NCBI GenBank assembly: GCA_041675205.1
Contig: JBAYUF010000001.1
Location: 148,863-212,862 of the forward strand
Source of the DNA: Patescibacteria group bacterium
GTDB lineage: Bacteria; Patescibacteriota; Patescibacteriia; GWA2-46-9
DNA length: 64,000 nt
Direction: 5' to 3'
In this document: positions 58,440-64,000 of the stretch, piece after piece
How the letters are laid out: the number at the start of each line of letters is the position of its first letter
Position numbering within the stretch: position 1 is the stretch's first letter
Made by a program: the position numbers and the translations under genes
The notes under the pieces: generated by a model
Told to the model about the DNA's origin: nothing
What the model saw: the letters and a program-made list of their open reading frames with translations, nothing else
The model's database searches: none

Positions 58440-59912
58440 ATGGCTGTACTGTCACCAGCGCGGGCCGCATGGCCTGTGCTTAAAGGATTGAAACTCGTCA
58501 GTCGTGGGAAGACCCGCGACGTCTACGATATAGGAAGAGGATTTCTGCTGATTGTTGTCACAGATGCAATCAGCATTTTCGACATCATCCTGAATGCGAT
58601 GGTGCCCGGCAAGGGGACCATCCTGAACGTGATGACCGTATTCTGGATGCGGCTGCTCGAAGCTGAGCTCGAGACGAAGACGCATCTCGTTGCGGTCGGT
58701 TCACAGGTTGATTCGCTTTTGCCTGAACCGTTGCGTGGCGACGTTGAGCTCCAGTCTCGGGCCGTCGTGGTACGTCGTGTCGACATGGACCCAATCGAGT
58801 ACATCGCCCGTGGCAATTTAACGGGCACTGGCCTCGAAGCGTATCAAACAACGCGTGCGGTGTGTGGCCAGCGGTTACCCGCCGGGCTACAGGATGGTGA
58901 CGAGTTGCCATTCCCACTCTTCACACCGACCACCAAGGCTGAGGCGGGACATGATGAGCATATCAACGCCGTTACTGTCACTGGCGGGCATCCTATGGCT
59001 GCGCTTTCGACACTCGGCATCTACGGCTTTGCGAGGGCATACGCCGCATCGCGAGGCATCGTCATCGCCGACACCAAGTTCGAGTTCGGGCGCGATGACG
59101 ATGGTAGGGTGGTACTTGCTGACGAGGTCTTGACGCCGGACTCGAGTCGCTACTGGGCGTATTCGGCGTGGCAGGTGAGTCAGCGGCAGATGGTGCGAAC
59201 GTCGCCAGCCAGTTTCGACAAGCAATTGGTTCGCAACTGGGGAAGCAGGGTAGGGGTGAAAGGGCCGCTAACGGCAGAACACATTGCGCGAGTGCATGGC
59301 ATTAAGGTGCCGCAGAGGATTCTGAAGGCAACCGCGCAGGCCTATCGCTACATCTTCTGGCGCCTCACCGAACAGCGCGTGGAGGGGTACCTCAATGACT
59401 ACATGAAGGTACGGGTACCATCGGTGAAGCAACGTGTCGCCGTTCTGCTGGGTAGCAGGTCCGATCTCGAGAGCGTGCGCGCGGCGCTGAGCCAGGCGGA
59501 TGCGGTAAACGACTTCGCGAGGCTTGACGTTCATGTGGTGAGTTGTCACCGGAATCACGATGCACTTCGGCAGTTCGTCGCTTCAAACTGTGATGGTGCT
59601 GACACTATCATCGCAGCTGGTGGTAAGGCGTTCGCTTTGCCGGGGGTGGTTGAGACACTGGTGCACGATGCCGGTAGGGAGCAACGGGTGATTGGTGTGG
59701 CACTTGGCGAACTCGGCAGCGAAGGGTTGCGAGCGGCGGAACTTTCGATTACGGAGTTGCCGGGGCAAACGGTCGTGATCGACGAAATCGCCGGTAGAGC
59801 CTATAGCGGTTTCAAGGGTATGCAGGCCGCATTACATCGTGTTGCCAACGGTGAACTGCCACCGCCGCCTGATCGGAAGGAGGCTCCGGCAGAGTTCAAC
59901 ATTTCGTTCTAG
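58440..59912 (+). CDS. purC: SAICAR synthetase fused to a PurE-like AIR carboxylase/mutase domain
   Basis: GKTRDVY, PLFTPTTK, IADTKFEFG, DEVLTPDSSRYW, DKQ; then GSRSD, SCHR, ALPG, VIGV. Confidence 0.9.
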   Translation: MAVLSPARAAWPVLKGLKLVSRGKTRDVYDIGRGFLLIVVTDAISIFDIILNAMVPGKGTILNVMTVFWMRLLEAELETKTHLVAVGSQVDSLLPEPLRGDVELQSRAVVVRRVDMDPIEYIARGNLTGTGLEAYQTTRAVCGQRLPAGLQDGDELPFPLFTPTTKAEAGHDEHINAVTVTGGHPMAALSTLGIYGFARAYAASRGIVIADTKFEFGRDDDGRVVLADEVLTPDSSRYWAYSAWQVSQRQMVRTSPASFDKQLVRNWGSRVGVKGPLTAEHIARVHGIKVPQRILKATAQAYRYIFWRLTEQRVEGYLNDYMKVRVPSVKQRVAVLLGSRSDLESVRAALSQADAVNDFARLDVHVVSCHRNHDALRQFVASNCDGADTIIAAGGKAFALPGVVETLVHDAGREQRVIGVALGELGSEGLRAAELSITELPGQTVVIDEIAGRAYSGFKGMQAALHRVANGELPPPPDRKEAPAEFNISF

Positions 59913-59943
59913 TCGGCGGAGGACCGACAGGACAAGTGAAAGT

Positions 59944-59987
59944 GGGGTGTGCGGAAGGCTCAACTGAGCAACCGTACACCCCCTTTT
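59944..59987 (+). terminator. Intrinsic terminator after purC-purE
   Basis: GGGGTGTGCGG/CCGTACACCCC followed by TTTT. Confidence 0.7.
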
Positions 59988-59993
59988 CGTTCC

Positions 59994-60091
59994 TTGCTTT
60001 TGGCTTACTTTTCTAATAAGGTGCATTCGTTCCAGGAAAATTGTTTCGTGGTCATTAAAAAAATGTACCCGCCGCTTTGGTGGGGAATAGC
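59994..60091 (+). promoter_or_regulatory. Promoter plus conserved pur leader motif, copy B
   Basis: TTGCTT-17-TAAGGT; same blocks as copy A. Confidence 0.7.
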
Positions 60092-60118
60092 TTCAAGTTT
60101 GTTGGCAAGGAGAAAGTC

Positions 60119-61249
60119 ATGACCGATAAGTCACATGGCGAATACGCCAAAGCGGGCGTTGATTACGGGAATATTCGGAACTGGAAAGCGATGATCAAGC
60201 AGATGGGGCGTCAAACCCTGACGTTCCCGAATGCTCGGCATGTGTTCGTCGAGTCAGACGCGCACGCCGCCTCGTATGAGTATCGAGGCGGCAGACCGCA
60301 CCGGTGGGGCAAGACGCTGGAAGGTCTTGGTAATAAGGAGTGGATTGCCGAGCTGATGTACTCGCTGACTGGCGATACAAAGTACTTCAGCGGAATTGGT
60401 GTTGACGCCGTGCTCATGAGTGCCAACGATGTCGTTGCTCATGGCTATATGCCGGTCGTCGGATTGGATGAAATCGCTGCTGGTGACGATGCCTGGTTTG
60501 CGGATTCATTTCGCGCAGAGGCCTTGATTGGCGGGTTCTTTGATGCCTGCCAAATGCTTGGAATGGCGTTGGCTGCTGGAGAATCCCCAGCGTACAAGTA
60601 TCTCATCAAAGCAGAACCGCCGGTGGTAAGCGCGCCGACCTTCAGTGCATGTGTTACTGGGATCGTCATCGATCCGGAACGGCGTTACATCACTGGGAAG
60701 AAGCTTGCCGTGGGTGACGTCATCATCGGCGCGACTTCATCCGGCGGTCACGCAAACGGTGCTTCGCTTCTCATCAAACGAGGTATGGCCTTACCGGAAG
60801 GGTTCCTTACCAAACTGCCAAACGGTGAAACGCTCGGTGCAGAGGCGCTCATTCCGACCCGGTCGTATGTCGCCTTGGTGGAGGCGCTGCTCGACGCCGA
60901 AATCGACGTGCACAAGTTTCTGCCGGTAACAGGTGGTGGGGTCGCCAAGGCGGCTGCAGATTCTCGGCTGTTCAATTATCGAATCCACACCTGGTGTGAT
61001 GATGTGCCACCGTTGTTCCGTTTCATGGCTGAGCTCGGTGTCAGTCGTGAAGATCTGCTGACGACCTTCAACTGGGGAATCGGATGGCTGACATTCGTTC
61101 CCCGTTCTGAGGCCGTTCGAACGATCCAGGTTGGCACCAAGGCCGGCTACGAGATGTTCGTGATCGGACGAGTCGAAGAGGGCGACCGCAGGGTCATTTT
61201 TCAGCCGGATGGTGAAGAACGAATCGATTTGCGGCCGCCGGGTGAGTAG
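60119..61249 (+). CDS. purM: Phosphoribosylaminoimidazole (AIR) synthetase, divergent
   Basis: YAKAGVD, M..ND, GE, GD.IIG..SSG.H.NG, PTR.Y, TGGG, TFN.GIG; hairpin 61307-61342 downstream. Confidence 0.88.
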   Translation: MTDKSHGEYAKAGVDYGNIRNWKAMIKQMGRQTLTFPNARHVFVESDAHAASYEYRGGRPHRWGKTLEGLGNKEWIAELMYSLTGDTKYFSGIGVDAVLMSANDVVAHGYMPVVGLDEIAAGDDAWFADSFRAEALIGGFFDACQMLGMALAAGESPAYKYLIKAEPPVVSAPTFSACVTGIVIDPERRYITGKKLAVGDVIIGATSSGGHANGASLLIKRGMALPEGFLTKLPNGETLGAEALIPTRSYVALVEALLDAEIDVHKFLPVTGGGVAKAAADSRLFNYRIHTWCDDVPPLFRFMAELGVSREDLLTTFNWGIGWLTFVPRSEAVRTIQVGTKAGYEMFVIGRVEEGDRRVIFQPDGEERIDLRPPGE

Positions 61250-61348
61250 ATGGTAGTTTCCAACTAGCCGATGAACTGACGGGAGGCAGTCATTGACACA
61301 GTGCAGGTGCGGGGGTCGACGTGAAAACGTTTACCCCCGCACAGCCTT

Positions 61349-61858
61349 TTAGCGGACTTCCAGAATTTCAAAAGTAATCTGTGCGTCGTTAATTTTTAAA
61401 CTAAATGTGTCGCCTTTCTTTTTTCCAATGAGTGCTGAACCAACAGGGGAATGATGAGAGATGCGACCCTGCGAGGGTTTTGTTTCTTGTGGGCCAACCA
61501 GTTGATACGTTACGGTTCGACCATTCTGTTTTAGTGTTACTGTTGTTCCTAAAGTAATTTTGCCAAACGCGTCTGGACCAGCTGCAATGGGTATGGCGTT
61601 ATTTATGCGAGCACGGAGCGAGAGCACACGGTTGTTCATTCGGCGTAGGGTATCTTTGGCGTGCTGGTAGGCGGCGTTTTCTGATAGGTCACCCATTTCG
61701 GCTGTTCGTCTGAGTTCAGCTGCTGCCGGAGGCAGCAAGTTTTTTTCCAGGTCTTCCAGGTCTTTCTCTAAGCGAGCAATTTTTTCAGGGGTGAGGTGGT
61801 TATCAAATACACGTTTTTGCTGTGATTCAATTTCTCCTCGTCTTTTAGGAATACGCAT
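61349..61858 (-). CDS. GreA/GreB family transcription elongation factor
   Basis: GDLSENAAY..AK, ISHHSPVGSALIG. Confidence 0.9.
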   Translation of the reverse strand: MRIPKRRGEIESQQKRVFDNHLTPEKIARLEKDLEDLEKNLLPPAAAELRRTAEMGDLSENAAYQHAKDTLRRMNNRVLSLRARINNAIPIAAGPDAFGKITLGTTVTLKQNGRTVTYQLVGPQETKPSQGRISHHSPVGSALIGKKKGDTFSLKINDAQITFEILEVR

Positions 61859-61934
61859 GCGAATAGCATACCTAGGCTTGCCGCACGGCGCAATTTATCT
61901 TGTTACTACTGTACGCAAGGTATAGGATAAAAAT

Positions 61935-62357
61935 ATGCAGTGGGTAACGTATGCAATTTTGTCAGCCTTTTTCGCCTCACTTGTTGCCATATTTGGGAAG
62001 ATTGGCGTTAAGGGGGTTGATAGCAATTTGATGGTGGCAATTCGCACCGCCATTATCGTGGTTTTTGCTTGGGGAATTGTATTTGTGCAGGGGAATAGTA
62101 GTGAACTTTTTCGAATCTCGCGTCATACCTATGTGTTTATTGTGCTCTCGGCGATTGCCACGGGTTTGTCATGGCTGTTCTACTATAAGGCACTGCAAAT
62201 GGGTGAAGCTTCGCGCGTAGCACCGATTGATAAATTAAGTGTCGCTCTCACCATACTTTTAGCTTTTCTATTTTTAGGGGAGCGACCAACGGTTGGCAAT
62301 GTGTTCGCTGGAGTTTTAGTTACGGCTGGCGTCCTTGTAGCGGCATTTGTTAAATAA
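61935..62357 (+). CDS. Single-domain EamA/DMT transporter
   Basis: AIFGKIG, ATGLSWLFYYKAL, VAPIDKLSV. Confidence 0.9.
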   Translation: MQWVTYAILSAFFASLVAIFGKIGVKGVDSNLMVAIRTAIIVVFAWGIVFVQGNSSELFRISRHTYVFIVLSAIATGLSWLFYYKALQMGEASRVAPIDKLSVALTILLAFLFLGERPTVGNVFAGVLVTAGVLVAAFVK

Positions 62358-62371
62358 TTTAATTTATTCCT

Positions 62372-62770
62372 ATGAAAGGATACATTGGTCACATAGAGCG
62401 TCTTACGCAGGAGAATACATCATTTCGTCAGGTGCTCCATACGACCAAGCACATGCAGCTTGTGCTGATGGTGCTTCAACCAAGTGAAGCAATTGGTGAA
62501 GAAGTACATAGCGATGGGGACCAGTTTTTTAGGTTTGAAAAAGGAAATGGGAAAGTAGTTATTGACGGCGTTGAACACACGGTTACAGATGGCGATGCAG
62601 TAGTTGTGCCAGCGGGGGCAAAGCACAATGTTATAAATACCTCGACTTTAGAATCGTTGTTCCTTTACACCATTTATGCACCACCACATCACCGCGATAA
62701 AGTTGTACACGAAACAAAAGCTGAAGCGGAGGCAGACAACGAATCTTTTGACGGTGTAGTAAGCGAGTAA
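62372..62770 (+). CDS. Cupin domain protein
   Basis: QLVLM, IGEEVH..DQFF, PAG..HNV.N, LYTIYAPP.H. Confidence 0.9.
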   Translation: MKGYIGHIERLTQENTSFRQVLHTTKHMQLVLMVLQPSEAIGEEVHSDGDQFFRFEKGNGKVVIDGVEHTVTDGDAVVVPAGAKHNVINTSTLESLFLYTIYAPPHHRDKVVHETKAEAEADNESFDGVVSE

Positions 62771-62780
62771 AGTTAGTCGT

Positions 62781-63188
62781 ATGATCCGTAACTTTATCGT
62801 TTACTTGCTATCGCTCGCTAGTCTAATAATCGTTGATGCGACCTGGCTCCGCGTGATGGCACCGCGATTTTATGCCCCTCGATTGGGGTCACTTATGCGC
62901 CATTCTCCTGATTGGATTGCAGCCGGATTTTTCTACATACTATATGCGCTTGGCGTCGCTGTTTTTGTTATACAGCCAGCACTTCACTATGGTTGGAGCT
63001 TTCCCAAGATCGCGCTCCTAGGTGGTCTATTTGGTCTCGTGGCATATGCTACGTACGACCTAACGAATCAAGCCACCGTTCAAGGTTGGCCAGTGATAGT
63101 CACTGTCGTGGATCTTATCTGGGGTGCTGTGCTTACCGTACTCGTTTCTGTATGTGTCGTAGGCTTAAGTCGTTGGTGGTCAGTATGA
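62781..63188 (+). CDS. DUF2177 family membrane protein
   Basis: D..WL, FY, YATYDLTN.AT..W....D..WG. Confidence 0.88.
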   Translation: MIRNFIVYLLSLASLIIVDATWLRVMAPRFYAPRLGSLMRHSPDWIAAGFFYILYALGVAVFVIQPALHYGWSFPKIALLGGLFGLVAYATYDLTNQATVQGWPVIVTVVDLIWGAVLTVLVSVCVVGLSRWWSV

Positions 63189-63961
63189 GCATTTTTCTTT
63201 TAACTTTTTCTCTCGCATCACTCGCTATATTCGTTTTTATGACGGCAGCTTTTGGACTGTCGCTTATTTTTAAGCGAAACGACAGTGCTGACGTGGCCTG
63301 GGGCCTCGGCTTTATCGTTGTGGCTATAACAGGAATAGTGGTGAACGGTACTTCACGTTTGAGTTGGTTAGTTTTGCTTTTGGTAAGCGTTTGGGGAATT
63401 CGATTGTCGCTCCATATTTTTTCTCGCTTGTTACGAAGTCCAGAAGACAAACGGTACGCAGCCTGGCGCGTGGCTTGGGGAAAGTGGTTCATGCCTCGGA
63501 GCTACGGCCAAATTTTCTTACTGCAGGGGGCACTTCTCCTCATTGTTTCACTCCCGGTAACTATCGCTCTTTTGTTTGGCTACCGACCGCCAGTACTGCT
63601 GGTGTTCGTGGCAGTGCTATTGTGGGTCTTTGGTTTTGTGTTTGAAGCTGTGGCCGACTGGCAGCTTAAAAAATTTTTAGCGAGTAGGGTCACGGTTGGT
63701 GGCGTTATGCAGCACGGACTTTGGCACTACAGTCGGCACCCAAATTATTTTGGCGAAGTTACACAGTGGTGGGGGCTGTGGCTAATGACTGCTGCTTCAC
63801 CGTTGTGGTTTTTGTCGATTTTAGGACCGCTCCTCATTACGTTCCTCATCCTTCGGATTTCTGGTGTGCCAATGCTGGAGGCTAGCTACGTCGGCAATCA
63901 GGAGTATGATGCGTATAAGCGACGCACAAGCATGTTTATTCCATTACCACCGCGGTCATAG
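63185..63961 (+). CDS. DUF1295 family (steroid 5-alpha-reductase-like) membrane protein
   Basis: D..WG, WG.RL, ED.RY, E..AD.Q, GLW.YSRHPNYFGE, SGVPMLE. Confidence 0.9.
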   Translation: MSIFLLTFSLASLAIFVFMTAAFGLSLIFKRNDSADVAWGLGFIVVAITGIVVNGTSRLSWLVLLLVSVWGIRLSLHIFSRLLRSPEDKRYAAWRVAWGKWFMPRSYGQIFLLQGALLLIVSLPVTIALLFGYRPPVLLVFVAVLLWVFGFVFEAVADWQLKKFLASRVTVGGVMQHGLWHYSRHPNYFGEVTQWWGLWLMTAASPLWFLSILGPLLITFLILRISGVPMLEASYVGNQEYDAYKRRTSMFIPLPPRS

Positions 63962-64000
63962 TATTTACCATATGATAGTAAGAAGATTTATTGCAGCTTT

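Noticed and set aside
62912-63184. N-terminal extensions of several listed ORFs (also 679, 7569, 21065, 34988, 54964, 58323, 60077)
   Set aside because: They overlap upstream genes or promoters; downstream ATGs have an SD, a -10 box or translational coupling

Overview
A gene-dense 64-kb segment using the standard genetic code. Gene content and style suggest a Patescibacteria (CPR)/Parcubacteria-like bacterium; this is inferred, as no rRNA is present. The backbone carries the gatA 3' end, a TrxB-family reductase, dnaG-rpoD, a csoR-copA copper cluster, PGI/PMI plus a ROK kinase, an ABC exporter, tRNA-Ser(GGA) and tRNA-Asn(GTT). Many backbone genes look leaderless, with a -10 box 6 nt before the ATG. 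Interspersed are self-contained units with a -35/-10 promoter, often a boxA-like motif, a strong Shine-Dalgarno (SD) sequence and a terminator hairpin. These include de novo nucleotide genes unusual for CPR: pyrC, class 2 pyrD, prs, a purC-purE fusion and purM. The best candidates for novelty are: (1) an AT-rich island ending at a tRNA-Trp-like 3' fragment, encoding a translationally coupled OLD-family ATPase-Toprim nuclease and Swt1-like HEPN protein (candidate anti-phage system); (2) a preQ1-II-like pseudoknot with terminator/antiterminator upstream of a yhhQ-cofE-ATP-grasp-HAD operon; (3) a conserved leader motif shared by purC-purE and purM; (4) 176/177-bp tRNA-Asn-linked repeats with constant and variable halves. 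All calls come from motif reading by eye; no database searches were run.
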